Shown here piece by piece: positions 1-9,361 of a stretch of DNA of 58,524 bases. Source of the stretch: Anaerolineales bacterium. Its GTDB lineage: Bacteria; Chloroflexota; Anaerolineae; Anaerolineales; UBA11657. Position numbers and translations under genes: made by a program. The stretch is taken from the NCBI GenBank assembly GCA_022450585.1, contig JAKUPR010000007.1:1-58524 (forward strand). The letters are read 5' to 3'. Under the pieces are notes generated by a model. That model did no database searches, was not told where the DNA came from, and worked only from the letters and a program-made list of their open reading frames with translations. How positions within the stretch are numbered: the first letter of the stretch is position 1; the number at the start of each line of letters is the position of its first letter.

Positions 1-673
1 ATGCGGCTGCGTTAGCTACAGTTGGGATTGCGGTTGGTACTAGTGTTGCTGTTGGAGGTGGTGGTTGTGTGGCGGTTGGCGTGGCACTGGGAAGTGCAGT
101 ATTGGTTGCTGTGGCTGGTGGAGCTGTGGTTGCTGTTGTAGTGGCTGTTGGCACCATTGTGTTTGTTGGGATAGTCGTTGCTGCTAGGATTGCCGTCGCG
201 CTTGGCGTTGGACTTGGCGTTGAGCTTGGCGTTGAGCTTGGCGTTGAGCTTGGCGGCACCGAATCTGTGGTAGTTGGCATGATTTTTGCGGCTACGGCTA
301 TTGAAACCACTTCAAGTTTTTCAATATCCCCACTTATTCTTACTCCATCACTTGGTACCCAAAGTGGCGTGCCATGGTCTGGTGTGCGTATCTGAAGCCA
401 GAGATTATCCTGGCTGCGCCCAACTACAGTATATGTATCTCCTTCTGAAATCCTAAGGAGGCCCTGCGAATTCAATGATGGTTCTTTCCGTGCATACTCT
501 GTGCTGGTTGTTACAGTGGCAAACAGTGTCCAGAAAGTTTCCGAATCTTCCGGGCTGAGAATTGCCGCTTCGCCAATATCCTTACTCTGGGATTCTGCGG
601 AACAGCCGATAGAAATGACTACAAACGTAGTAAACAGTATGACTAGGCCAAGGCGAGAGGGATGTAGATTCAT
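1..673 (-). CDS. Lipoprotein with SH3-like domain and Pro/Thr/Ser-rich linker (runs off the window start; absent from the ORF track)
   Basis: Manual minus-strand translation from ATG 673: MNLHPSRLGLVILFTTFVVISIGC (lipobox-like), then TYTVVGRSQDNLWLQIR...LWVP (bacterial SH3-like), then PSSTPSSTPSSTPSPTP...PTATLVPT. No stop before position 1. Confidence 0.8.
   Translation of the reverse strand, partial: MNLHPSRLGLVILFTTFVVISIGCSAESQSKDIGEAAILSPEDSETFWTLFATVTTSTEYARKEPSLNSQGLLRISEGDTYTVVGRSQDNLWLQIRTPDHGTPLWVPSDGVRISGDIEKLEVVSIAVAAKIMPTTTDSVPPSSTPSSTPSSTPSPTPSATAILAATTIPTNTMVPTATTTATTAPPATATNTALPSATPTATQPPPPTATLVPTAIPTVANAAA
201..254. repeat. 12-bp coding tandem repeat (cttggcgttgag, about 4 units) encoding PSST/PSPT
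   Basis: Directly visible; lies within the Pro/Thr linker of the 1..673 gene. Confidence 0.85.
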
Positions 674-775
674 TTGTTGTGATTTTAGCCCCGTGCCGGC
701 GGAGGAGCACCTACAAGGATCGACGGGATAATAATGGAACATACTTCTAATTGTCAAGTGGGCATAGCGATGACG

Positions 776-804
776 TTGACGTCTTTACATCACTATGCTA
801 ACAT
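776..804 (+). promoter_or_regulatory. sigma70-type promoter for leader-lysC-asd
   Basis: TTGACG (776-781), 17 nt, TAACAT (799-804), with extended -10 TG at 796-797. Confidence 0.7.
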
Positions 805-840
805 TGGATTTTCTAGGAAAGAAAGTATTTGAACGCGTCG

Positions 841-957
841 ATGACGAGGACAATCACTATTACTGTCAGGACTACAGCGATGACTACACCGGTTATGCAA
901 AGGTGTGGGCTTCGTTTTAGGTGTGATACCGGCTCGTGGCCGGTAGAATGCCAGTGA
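841..957 (+). CDS. Thr/Ile/Met-rich attenuator leader peptide, 38 aa (MTRTITITVRTTAMTTPVMQRCGLRFRCDTGSWPVECQ); alternative in-frame TTG start at 829
   Basis: 8 Thr, 2 Ile and 2 Met in the first 16 codons. Lies between the promoter and a terminator directly upstream of aspartate kinase. Analogous to E. coli thrL. Confidence 0.75.
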   Translation: MTRTITITVRTTAMTTPVMQRCGLRFRCDTGSWPVECQ

Positions 958-979
958 TTTCGTGAAATGAAATCATCAG

Positions 980-1013
980 ACGCGGAGCCAAAGTGGCTCC
1001 GCGTTTTTATTTT
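980..1013 (+). terminator. Intrinsic terminator (attenuator) upstream of lysC
   Basis: acgcggagcca-aag-tggctccgcgt perfect 11-bp stem followed by ttttatttt. Confidence 0.85.
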
Positions 1014-1046
1014 ATTAAGGAGTTGGGAGATAATGGAAAGGTGATT

Positions 1047-2495
1047 ATGGCAGAGCGAACTGTTGATACAAAAACCTTAGTGATTAAATATGGAGGCACC
1101 TCCGTAGGAAGTGCGGAGGCTATACAGCAGGTTATTGCTCAGGTGCAACTAGCGCGGGAGGAATGGAAACAAGTGGTTGTTGTGCTTTCAGCTATGAGTG
1201 GTGTGACGGATTTGTTGCTAACGGCGGCAAGTGCAGCTGCGGAGGGCGACGAGGAAACTCCGCGTTCGACCGCTTCTGCTCTTATGGAGAGGCACGACAG
1301 TACTATAAAGGGCCTACTGAGTTCCAAAGCAGAACGCGAAATTACGCGCGATCGTGTGGCAGCTCACGTGAATGAGTTTTCTTCTCTAGCTCCGGCAGTG
1401 TACGTGTTGGGAGAAGCTTCTCCTAGGGCTTTGGATGCAATCAGTTCATTGGGAGAGCGAATGGTGGTGCACCTGGTGGCTGCTCGGCTGCGTGAACTTG
1501 GTTGTGTCGCTACCACCGTGTTGTCAAGTGAACTCATTCGCACAGATGCTCAATTTCAGGCGGCTAATCCGGATATGGATGTTACTAGGACTCTCACGCG
1601 CGACATCTTGGTCCCACTGTTGGACGATGGTGTGGTTCCGGTAGTGACAGGTTTTATGGGGGCCACTGATGACGGAGCAATTACTACCCTTGGACGTGGA
1701 GGTAGCGATTACAGTGCTGCTATCTTAGCGGTTGCGGTGGATGCGGACGAAGCTTGGATTTGCACCGATGTTGACGGGGTTATGACCACTGATCCACGCA
1801 TAGCTTCCAACGCTCGTACTCTTCCAACAATCGCATATCGGGAAATCGCTGAGCTAGCATCCGCAGGTGCCAAAGTTGTGCATCCCAAAGCCATTAGCCC
1901 GGTACTGGAGCACGGAATCAAGCTTTCTATACGTAACACATTTAATCCCGATGGGCCAAATACACACGTTCTGACCGACAGTGATACAGGAAATCAAGGA
2001 GCCAAAGCCGTCACGGTAGTGAAAGCACACAGCTTGTTAGCATTAGAGGGACGAGGCATGTTGGGCGTACAGGGTATCGCCGCGCGTACTTTTGAAGTGA
2101 CTGCTCGTACGAATGCAAGCGTGACACTAATTAAGCAGACTTCTTCCGAACAGAGCATATGCTTCGCTGTGCCGCAGTCGGTAGCACAACGTGTCATTGA
2201 AGAACTGGAGCGTGAATTCCGGCATGAGTTTAAGTGGAAGCACATTGACCGTGTGCGTGTACAGCACGATATTGTTATAGTGACGGTAGTCGGAGCAGGC
2301 ATGCGTAACACGCCGGGTATTGCCGGAAAAGTATTCGGTGCTCTTGGAAAGCGTGGATTAAATGTGGTTGCCATAGCGCAGGGTTCATCAGAGTGCAGTA
2401 TCAGCCTGGTCGTGGCAGCTGCAGAGGCCGATGATAGCGTGCGGGCCATTCATGAACTTATCGTTGATAGCCATTTGGAGGATGAATACGAATGA
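1047..2495 (+). CDS. lysC: Aspartate kinase with C-terminal ACT domains
   Basis: KYGGTSV, VLSAM.GVTD, TTLGRGGSDYSA, TDVDGV..DPR motifs and two ACT-like repeats. ATG 1047 has SD gaaaggtg; the track start at 993 lies inside the terminator. Confidence 0.95.
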   Translation: MAERTVDTKTLVIKYGGTSVGSAEAIQQVIAQVQLAREEWKQVVVVLSAMSGVTDLLLTAASAAAEGDEETPRSTASALMERHDSTIKGLLSSKAEREITRDRVAAHVNEFSSLAPAVYVLGEASPRALDAISSLGERMVVHLVAARLRELGCVATTVLSSELIRTDAQFQAANPDMDVTRTLTRDILVPLLDDGVVPVVTGFMGATDDGAITTLGRGGSDYSAAILAVAVDADEAWICTDVDGVMTTDPRIASNARTLPTIAYREIAELASAGAKVVHPKAISPVLEHGIKLSIRNTFNPDGPNTHVLTDSDTGNQGAKAVTVVKAHSLLALEGRGMLGVQGIAARTFEVTARTNASVTLIKQTSSEQSICFAVPQSVAQRVIEELEREFRHEFKWKHIDRVRVQHDIVIVTVVGAGMRNTPGIAGKVFGALGKRGLNVVAIAQGSSECSISLVVAAAEADDSVRAIHELIVDSHLEDEYE

Positions 2496-3538
2496 AGAAA
2501 CGTAAAGTTGCTGTACTGGGGGCCACTGGATCTGTTGGGCAGCGTTTCGTACAGCTGCTTGATGGACATCCGTGGTTCACAGTGACCGCATTGTCAGGGT
2601 CGGAGCGGACAGTTGGTGACACATATCAGAGGGGCTGTCGATGGGTCCTGCCGGGTGACATGCCAGAGTGGGCCCGAGACCTTCCAGTACTTCATTCAGA
2701 GCCTGGAATGGATGCTGAGATTGTCTTTAGCGCACTGCCATCTGCGCTAGCCAAAACGGTTGAACCAGCTTTTGCTAGCGCAGGATACCAGGTTTTTTCT
2801 AACGCGTCTTCTTATCGTATGGATGTTGATGTCCCACTTTTGATTCCCGAGGTAAATCCGGATCACATCGAGTTGGTACATCAGCAGCGTAAACGACGCA
2901 ACTGGAGTGGTTGCATAGTCACCAACTGCAACTGTACCTCCACTGGGGTCACTGTGTCATTAAAGCCACTTTTGGATACGTTTGGTCTGCGGCGGGTTTT
3001 CTTGGTCTCGCTCCAGGCGATTTCGGGAGCGGGATACCCGGGAGTGCCTGCCTTGGATTTGGCAGACAATGTCGTACCTTTTATCCAAGGTGAGGAGGAA
3101 AAACTAGAGTCAGAGCCTTTGAAGATGTTGGGTATGTGCGATGGCAAGCGGGTGTCGGCAGCATCGTTTGGTATATCTGCGCATTGCAACCGAGTTGCTG
3201 TTTCTGATGGCCACATGGTGTGTGTGACTGCAGAACTAGAGCAGCCAACCTCGCTTTCGAGGATTGTAGATGCCATGGAATCATTTGCTCCGGCGCAGTC
3301 TGTGCAAGAATTACCCAGTTCTCCCCATCAGGTACTCCAGGTGCGTAGCGAGAGCGATCGTCCACAACCACGTCGAGACAGGGGTAAAGGCGCTGGTATG
3401 ACAACTGTAGTTGGACGAGTCAGGGAGGACAGCTTGTTGCACTTGCGCTATGTTGTGCTATCGCATAACACAATCAAGGGTGCGGCTGGCGGATCCCTCC
3501 AAAATGCGGAGTTGTTGCTTGCAAAAGGCGTATTCTAG
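2492..3538 (+). CDS. asd: Aspartate-semialdehyde dehydrogenase (archaeal/eukaryotic-type subfamily)
   Basis: LGATGSVGQRF, PLLIPEVN, NCNCT (catalytic Cys), QAISGAG, HNTIKGAAG. ATGA overlap with lysC. Confidence 0.95.
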   Translation: MKKRKVAVLGATGSVGQRFVQLLDGHPWFTVTALSGSERTVGDTYQRGCRWVLPGDMPEWARDLPVLHSEPGMDAEIVFSALPSALAKTVEPAFASAGYQVFSNASSYRMDVDVPLLIPEVNPDHIELVHQQRKRRNWSGCIVTNCNCTSTGVTVSLKPLLDTFGLRRVFLVSLQAISGAGYPGVPALDLADNVVPFIQGEEEKLESEPLKMLGMCDGKRVSAASFGISAHCNRVAVSDGHMVCVTAELEQPTSLSRIVDAMESFAPAQSVQELPSSPHQVLQVRSESDRPQPRRDRGKGAGMTTVVGRVREDSLLHLRYVVLSHNTIKGAAGGSLQNAELLLAKGVF

Positions 3539-3557
3539 ATTTCGCTCGACGTGAGTG

Positions 3558-4007
3558 TTAACTGACAGGATCACGGTTGATCCAAATTGTCATTGGTCCG
3601 TCGTTTACCAGACCCACCTGCATATCCTCACCGAATCTTCCATGATTCACGGATACCCCGCATCTAGTTAGGGCATCAGCGAAATGTTGCACCAGATACT
3701 CTGCTTTTTCCGGCAGTTCTGCGTTGATGAAAGAGGGTCTTCGACCTCTACTTGTGTCGGCGTAGAGGGTGAATTGAGATATCACTAGGGCGGCACCGCC
3801 AACATCCAACAGTGAGAGGTTTGTCTTTCCATACTCATCCTGAAAGATGCGTAAACCGGCACATTTGTTTGCAAGCCATTCTGCCTCGGACTTGCTGTCC
3901 TGCCGACCGACGCCGACCATGATCAACATTCCCGTTTCAATGCGCCCCACAATTTCACTGGCGATGCTTACCTTTGCTTGGCTCACCCGTTGTATTAATA
4001 GGCGCAT
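3558..4007 (-). CDS. dtd: D-aminoacyl-tRNA deacylase
   Basis: MRLLIQRV start (ATG 4007), SQFTL, G.RPSF and NDGP motifs. The upstream extension in the track overlaps trpS. Confidence 0.95.
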   Translation of the reverse strand: MRLLIQRVSQAKVSIASEIVGRIETGMLIMVGVGRQDSKSEAEWLANKCAGLRIFQDEYGKTNLSLLDVGGAALVISQFTLYADTSRGRRPSFINAELPEKAEYLVQHFADALTRCGVSVNHGRFGEDMQVGLVNDGPMTIWINRDPVS

Positions 4008-4039
4008 TTCTTTCTGAGTGAGCGGTCGTAAATCTGAAG

Positions 4040-5029
4040 CTATGTCAGGCCCGCTGCCGCCTTCACTTCTGCGATTGTTTCCGCAGCGACAATGGTTGCA
4101 CGGCGTGCTCCGTCTTCCAGTACTTCCCACACATACTGTGGGTCTTTTGCCAATTCTGATCGTCGTTCTCGAAACGGCTGTAGGTGTTCGTTCAGTCTCT
4201 TGGCTAAAAGATTCTTGCAATCTACGCAACCGATACCTGCTTTGCGACACTCTCGGTCAATCATAGAGATGTCATCGCTGGAAGAGAAGGATTTGTGCAG
4301 TGTAAATACATTGCACACGTCCGGATCTCCCGGGTCATCTCGACGTTGGCGTTGCGGGTCTGTAACCATGGTACGCACCACCTTTTCGGTCTCTTTGGGA
4401 GTGAGAGCGAGTTCAATCTGGTTATCCTCGCTCTTGCCCATTTTGCGCTTACCGTCCGTTCCGAGAACTTTTGGGAATTCAGTGTTCTTCATCTGTGGTT
4501 CTATAAGTACTTGTCGGCCGGTTCGGTAATGGAAAGTGCGTACCACTTCACGCGCAAATTCTAGGTGAGATTCTTGGTCAACTCCAACAGGGACCACATC
4601 CGCCTTGTACAAAGTTATGTCAGCCGTCATCAATACTGGGTAGCCGACTAAGCCATAGTTGATGTTTTGGGGTTGGAGGCGTACCTTGTCTTTGAAAGTG
4701 GGTAGGTCGGTCAATTTTCCTAGGGGCGTAAACATGCTTAGTATTGTGTGTAATTCGGTTACCTGAGGTACGTGGCTCTGTACGAACAGAATAGTCTCCT
4801 CCGGACGCAACCCAGCCGCCAACCAATCGAGGGCCATCTCAGCGGTGTTCAACCTTATTCGATGTAGTTGGTCTAGAGTTGTCATGGCATGAAGATCCAC
4901 GATGCAATAGACGCAGTCGTATTCTGCTTGTAATTCGACGTAGTTTCTTATTGCGCCCAGGTAATTTCCGAGGTGTTGGCGTCCGGTGGGCCGCGCGCCT
5001 GAAAATACCCTACCTTTTTTCTTGCTCAT
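4040..5029 (-). CDS. trpS: Tryptophan--tRNA ligase
   Basis: FSGARPTG..HLGNYLGA, YPVLM.ADI, VPVG.DQ, KMGKS. Confidence 0.96.
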   Translation of the reverse strand: MSKKKGRVFSGARPTGRQHLGNYLGAIRNYVELQAEYDCVYCIVDLHAMTTLDQLHRIRLNTAEMALDWLAAGLRPEETILFVQSHVPQVTELHTILSMFTPLGKLTDLPTFKDKVRLQPQNINYGLVGYPVLMTADITLYKADVVPVGVDQESHLEFAREVVRTFHYRTGRQVLIEPQMKNTEFPKVLGTDGKRKMGKSEDNQIELALTPKETEKVVRTMVTDPQRQRRDDPGDPDVCNVFTLHKSFSSSDDISMIDRECRKAGIGCVDCKNLLAKRLNEHLQPFRERRSELAKDPQYVWEVLEDGARRATIVAAETIAEVKAAAGLT

Positions 5030-5040
5030 TTGAGTATACT

Positions 5041-5292
5041 TTATGAACTAGCGGAGAAGCTTTTCCGAAACAGAGCAATCACCTCGTCTTTTTCTGCGTG
5101 CCGCCCAAGGTTTTTCTTTGAGAAGAGCAGCTCGTCGTTTAGGGTCACCTCAAACACGCCACCACTTGAGGGTATTATGCTCACTGCATCGATATTATAT
5201 TGGAACTCCGTAAGTAGCTCTGACACCAAACTGGTGGCGCGGTCTGTGTAGTTTCAAGATGCGCAGTAGGTTATTTCAACGAGATTTTTCAT
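5041..5292 (-). CDS. SelT/SelW/SelH (Rdx) family selenoprotein, 83 aa, Sec at in-frame TGA 5254-5256
   Basis: ATG 5292 gives MKNLVEITYCAS-TGA-NYTDRATSL, continuing in frame into the track ORF (PSSGGVFEV...LFSKK..GRH). CxxU plus GG.FEV is the Rdx signature. Confidence 0.88.
5222..5244 (-). promoter_or_regulatory. Putative bacterial SECIS hairpin
   Basis: CACCA-GTT-TGGTG stem-loop 18-30 nt downstream of the UGA, with G first in the apical loop and flanking GAC/GTC pairing. Confidence 0.55.
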
Positions 5293-5383
5293 TTACGGTA
5301 CCTTAGAATACTTCTTGCCCAACAAGTTTATAGTGTACTGCCGTTGTATGCAAAAGGCAACGTTCTGCATTTGGCATGTGTGG

Positions 5384-6040
5384 TTATGATGAACGATCCT
5401 CATTTACGTTGGTTGATTTGTTGTGGTTGGCTTGTGATGACGATGTGAACCCAGTGTTGGATTTACCTAATAATGTCCACCCTGTCGGCAGCAAGGCGGT
5501 AGCAAGCAAAATCTTGAGTGCATCACCAGGTAGAAATGGTAGTAATCCTGTGTGAATGACTGCTTCCCAACCAACAAAACGTGACAACCAGGTGATACCA
5601 ACTGCGTAAATGATGACATTTCCAACGATCATACTTGCTGCGGCAGTCCACGGCTTTCGGTCCCATCCTCTTTCACTAAGTGACCCCACAACATAAGCTG
5701 CTGCCAGAAAGCCGGCTAAGTATCCGGCTGTTGGACCAATTAGCCGACTTATCCCGAATGTGCCCCCTGCGAACACCGGTAGATTCAACGCGCCGTATAT
5801 AATGTACGTTATGACAGTTGCTAGACCGCGCTTGCTGCCAAAGAGAGCTGCGATAAGTAGCACAGCGAAGGTTTGGGCAGTGATGGGTACTGGAGAGAAG
5901 GGCAACAATATCTGTAGTTGTGCAGCAACTCCTATGAGGATACTTCCTCCGAGCACAAGAGAAGCCTCGCGTAATATTCCTGCCTTCATCCACACAGCGT
6001 CAATCATAACTATGAAACGCGGATTAGTAGTCTGTATCAA
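5384..6040 (-). CDS. bioY: Biotin transporter BioY (ECF S component)
   Basis: PVPITAQTFAV, LPVFAGG, GPTAGYL.GF, PFLPGD..K. TTG start with SD GGAGG. Confidence 0.92.
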   Translation of the reverse strand: MIQTTNPRFIVMIDAVWMKAGILREASLVLGGSILIGVAAQLQILLPFSPVPITAQTFAVLLIAALFGSKRGLATVITYIIYGALNLPVFAGGTFGISRLIGPTAGYLAGFLAAAYVVGSLSERGWDRKPWTAAASMIVGNVIIYAVGITWLSRFVGWEAVIHTGLLPFLPGDALKILLATALLPTGWTLLGKSNTGFTSSSQANHNKSTNVNEDRSS

Positions 6041-6115
6041 TTAGACCTCCATAAAATAAAATAGTATAAAGTCGTTTGGATTGCAGTTCTTGGCATTAGA
6101 TCCTGTACTGTAACG

Positions 6116-7177
6116 TCAGGTTACTTCCTCTTCGCTAGAAAGGTGTACGGTTTGGGTTGGGAAGGCAAATTCGATGCCTTCCTGTTCAAATTGGCGCAGA
6201 AGCTCCAGATTGATGTTCTGTTGGACGTCCATGTATATGCTGTAATCTGCAGTAGTGACAAAATACACAGTTTCAAAATCTAGAGAGAAATCTCCGAAAT
6301 TCTTGAAATGGGAGCGATCGAAGCGTACATGCTCGTGTGAATTGATGATATCACGCACAATGGTCGGGATGGAAGCCACCGTTGCTGGGGGGGTGTCATA
6401 GGTCACCCCAAAGGTGAACACAGCCCGACGTTCCTCCCGGTCTTGGAAATTTATTAGCCGGCTGTTGAGCAAATCATGGTTCGCGAAGATGATCATTTCT
6501 CCGCTCAGGCTTCGCACACGCGTGGTCTTTAGTCCTATTTTCTCGACTGCGCCCATGTGTTGATCTACGACGAGGAAATCCCCAACCTTGAAGGGTTTGT
6601 CCATCATGATGGACACGTATGCAAGCAGATCGCTGAGAATATTTTGTACTGCTAGCGCTATTGCGATACCTCCTATCCCAAGACCAGTTAGGAGTCCGGT
6701 GATTTCGACGCCTAGGTTGTCGAGAGCGATAAGAAGAATGATGCTCCACAAAACGATACGGCTGGCAAGACCAAGGATGGTGACAGTGTTATTGGGGTCT
6801 GCCTCCGCGTCCAGGGTGTGGCGCGCGTAATGCTGAAGTCCGTAATCAATCAGCTGGTTTGCCCACAGTGCGCCCTGTAGCAGCAAACTGAAAATGACTG
6901 CTGTCTTTACAAAGTCTTCTATCGAATTCGGTATGGTGAGTGAAAGTGTTCCAACATACAGTGACAGTACCAAGAAGAACCAAGAGCGGCTTGAGCGCAG
7001 CATGCTAATGGCGAGGTCGTCGATTTGAGTTGCAGTACTCGGTGCAAAGCGTTCTAGTCGGCGCACCATCAGATTACGAATGCTGCGTAACAATACAAGC
7101 GCTGCCAATGTCAGCAGAAGTGCTAGCAACCAATTACTGACTATATTCCCGAACCAAGTTTGTGATAGAGTTTCCAT
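6116..7177 (-). CDS. Small-conductance mechanosensitive channel (MscS family)
   Basis: GLGIGGIAIALAVQ, DKPFKVGD, G.VE.IG.KTT, FGVTY, GIEFAFPT. Confidence 0.93.
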   Translation of the reverse strand: METLSQTWFGNIVSNWLLALLLTLAALVLLRSIRNLMVRRLERFAPSTATQIDDLAISMLRSSRSWFFLVLSLYVGTLSLTIPNSIEDFVKTAVIFSLLLQGALWANQLIDYGLQHYARHTLDAEADPNNTVTILGLASRIVLWSIILLIALDNLGVEITGLLTGLGIGGIAIALAVQNILSDLLAYVSIMMDKPFKVGDFLVVDQHMGAVEKIGLKTTRVRSLSGEMIIFANHDLLNSRLINFQDREERRAVFTFGVTYDTPPATVASIPTIVRDIINSHEHVRFDRSHFKNFGDFSLDFETVYFVTTADYSIYMDVQQNINLELLRQFEQEGIEFAFPTQTVHLSSEEEVT

Positions 7178-7298
7178 CAGTGTCTTAGCTTGTGCTTTTT
7201 CATCTCTATTCTGAACTTTAGTTAATTATATCCACAATCTTTTGATACGCTACTGGCGTCCATTTCCTGTGTTCTGATAACAGGGTTATACTCCCCGT

Positions 7299-8693
7299 AT
7301 GCGAGTACGTCTTGTCTCACTTGGCTGTCGTTTGAACTCAGGAGAGATTGATGCTTTAGCACGCGATTTTTCTGCCGTAGGTCATTGCGTGGTTGCCTCT
7401 GGTGAGGATGCTGATCTCATGGTAATTAATACCTGTGCAGTTACGCACCGAGCAGGTGCGGAGTCTCGTCGGCTCATCCGGAGATTTCGGCGCGAATATC
7501 CTCAGGCTGCTCTGGTAGTGACGGGATGTTACGCGCAGCTTTCAGCTCACACAGCCCGGGCTTTGGGAGCTGATTTGGTAGTGGGTAATCAGTATAAGGA
7601 TGCGTTGCCACAGATCTTGCATGAGGCCGGGATACTTCCTAGCCCGGAGCCGTTACCATACGAAGGTCTTGTGGGGGTAGGATCAACAGTCCGCACTCGT
7701 GCATTCCTCAAAGTTCAGGATGGCTGTAACAATTCTTGCACGTTTTGTGTAGTTACCTTAGCACGTGGGAGTGCGCGGAGTCGTGCTCAATGTGATGTGA
7801 TTGCCGATGTCAACAAGTTGGTATCCTTGGGATACCAGGAGGTAGTTCTTTGCGGAGTGCACCTAGGTGCGTATGGTCATGACCATGGACGCCTAGACGG
7901 TCTGCAGAAATTAGTTCAGGCCTTATTGTGTGAAACCGATGTTCCTAGGCTGCGTTTGTCCTCTCTGGAGCCGTGGGATTTGCAACCCAGTTTTTTTGGC
8001 CTGTGGCAAGATGTGCGCCTGTTGCCACACTTACATCTGCCTTTACAGAGTGGTTGCGACAGTGTCTTGCGGCGCATGGGACGTCGCACTACATGTACCA
8101 GTTTTAGGGCGTTGCTGCGGTCTGCTAGGTCTGCTATACCTGATTTGGCGATCAGCACTGATGTCATGGTAGGATTTCCCGGCGAGAGTGATGTAGAGTT
8201 CGAACAGTCGCTTGAGTTTGTTGGAAGCATGGAATTCGCGCAGATGCACATATTCCGTTACTCTCGTCGCATCGGAACGCTTGCTGCAGACATGCCCGGT
8301 CATGTACCTGAGGATGTGGCTAAGCATCGTAGTAGTCGACTTCATGAACTTGATAGGCGTATGCAATCTCGGTTCAGGCAACGATTTGTGGGTCGTAAAC
8401 TGAGTGTACTCTGGGAACGTTCGCGTCCTCATGATAATGGTCTGTGTTGGAGTGGTCTGACACCGAATTATCTTCGAGTGGTGACTCACACGACTAAGCA
8501 ATTAGATCTGCATAATGCTGTGACCGAAACATCATTGTTGGCCATGGTTGACGAAGGTATTTTGGGAGAGGTGGTTGCCCCGCTTGACTTTGTTTCCCAG
8601 CGAATACCAGTGGAATTGGCACTCGGGGTCAACGCTGCAAAATACCTACCAAGTGTGCCCCAAGTCCACGAGGCAACAAGTCCTCGAGCATGA
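7299..8693 (+). CDS. mtaB: tRNA t6A37 methylthiotransferase (radical SAM MTTase, MtaB type)
   Basis: LGCRLN, INTCAVT, VTGCYAQ, KVQDGCNNSCTFC (CxxxCxxC), HLPLQSG, VGFPGE, TRAM-like tail. Confidence 0.88.
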   Translation: MRVRLVSLGCRLNSGEIDALARDFSAVGHCVVASGEDADLMVINTCAVTHRAGAESRRLIRRFRREYPQAALVVTGCYAQLSAHTARALGADLVVGNQYKDALPQILHEAGILPSPEPLPYEGLVGVGSTVRTRAFLKVQDGCNNSCTFCVVTLARGSARSRAQCDVIADVNKLVSLGYQEVVLCGVHLGAYGHDHGRLDGLQKLVQALLCETDVPRLRLSSLEPWDLQPSFFGLWQDVRLLPHLHLPLQSGCDSVLRRMGRRTTCTSFRALLRSARSAIPDLAISTDVMVGFPGESDVEFEQSLEFVGSMEFAQMHIFRYSRRIGTLAADMPGHVPEDVAKHRSSRLHELDRRMQSRFRQRFVGRKLSVLWERSRPHDNGLCWSGLTPNYLRVVTHTTKQLDLHNAVTETSLLAMVDEGILGEVVAPLDFVSQRIPVELALGVNAAKYLPSVPQVHEATSPRA

Positions 8694-9342
8694 CTAGTGC
8701 ACGAAACATGAACTCGTTGAAAGCGAGATAAGTCGGATCGCGAATTACTTCCAGCGAAATCAATCTTAGCTTGCTTTCATGCGCTAACCTTTGTATTGTC
8801 GGGATTGTGTTGGCCCGGTAGTACGGTGGGAATGTGTCGTCAGGCATGCGTCCGTATATGCGTGGTACTAGCGCTCGTTGTAGTGCGGGTATCCAGATGC
8901 TCAAACGGTTGGCGATTAGCAGGGGATTGCGTCCGTTGGGTGTCAGGAAAATGAAATGTCCACCAGGTTTTAGTACGCGTCGTATCTCTAGTAATGTGTC
9001 CTGTGGCGTGTCGAGGTGCTCCATTAGCCAAGCAGCGATGACAATCTGGAATGTGCCTGTGGGGTATGGTAGACGTACAGAGTCTCCCGAACATAAGTGT
9101 ATCTGTGCACATCTATATCCGGCAAGCGAGTCCCAATGTGCGTCTACACCAAATATCCCCAAAGGCTCATTGACCAATTTCTCAGGTATACCACCGCGGC
9201 CGCAACCGAGGTCGAGCATGCGCATGTCGGCACCTAGGAACCCGCGTATGGTCGCTTCGTACACCTCCCCGCTGGGAAACCAACTCGGACGTAGACGCCG
9301 ATACCGATTGCGCCATTCGTTCTGTATATCTAACGGCAGCAC
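8629..9342 (-). CDS. Class I SAM-dependent methyltransferase
   Basis: LDLGCGRG motif I, LPY...F, RVLKPGG. Confidence 0.85.
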   Translation of the reverse strand: MLPLDIQNEWRNRYRRLRPSWFPSGEVYEATIRGFLGADMRMLDLGCGRGGIPEKLVNEPLGIFGVDAHWDSLAGYRCAQIHLCSGDSVRLPYPTGTFQIVIAAWLMEHLDTPQDTLLEIRRVLKPGGHFIFLTPNGRNPLLIANRLSIWIPALQRALVPRIYGRMPDDTFPPYYRANTIPTIQRLAHESKLRLISLEVIRDPTYLAFNEFMFRALVMLEDLLPRGLGAHLVGILQR

Positions 9343-9361
9343 TATCTGCCTTTCTCGTTGT

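Noticed and set aside
69-731. Plus-strand ORFs 69..395 and 501..731
   Set aside because: They are antisense shadows of the Pro/Thr-rich lipoprotein on the minus strand.
820-1013. Lysine riboswitch or T-box upstream of lysC
   Set aside because: No T-box core (AGGGTGGNACC) or recognisable lysine-aptamer motifs. The Thr/Ile-rich uORF plus terminator explains the region better. Rfam was not run.
4008-4250. Track N-terminal extension of dtd (and similar extensions of lysC, mrdA, gtrA and doxX)
   Set aside because: They overlap neighbouring genes or regulatory elements, and family-typical N-termini start downstream.
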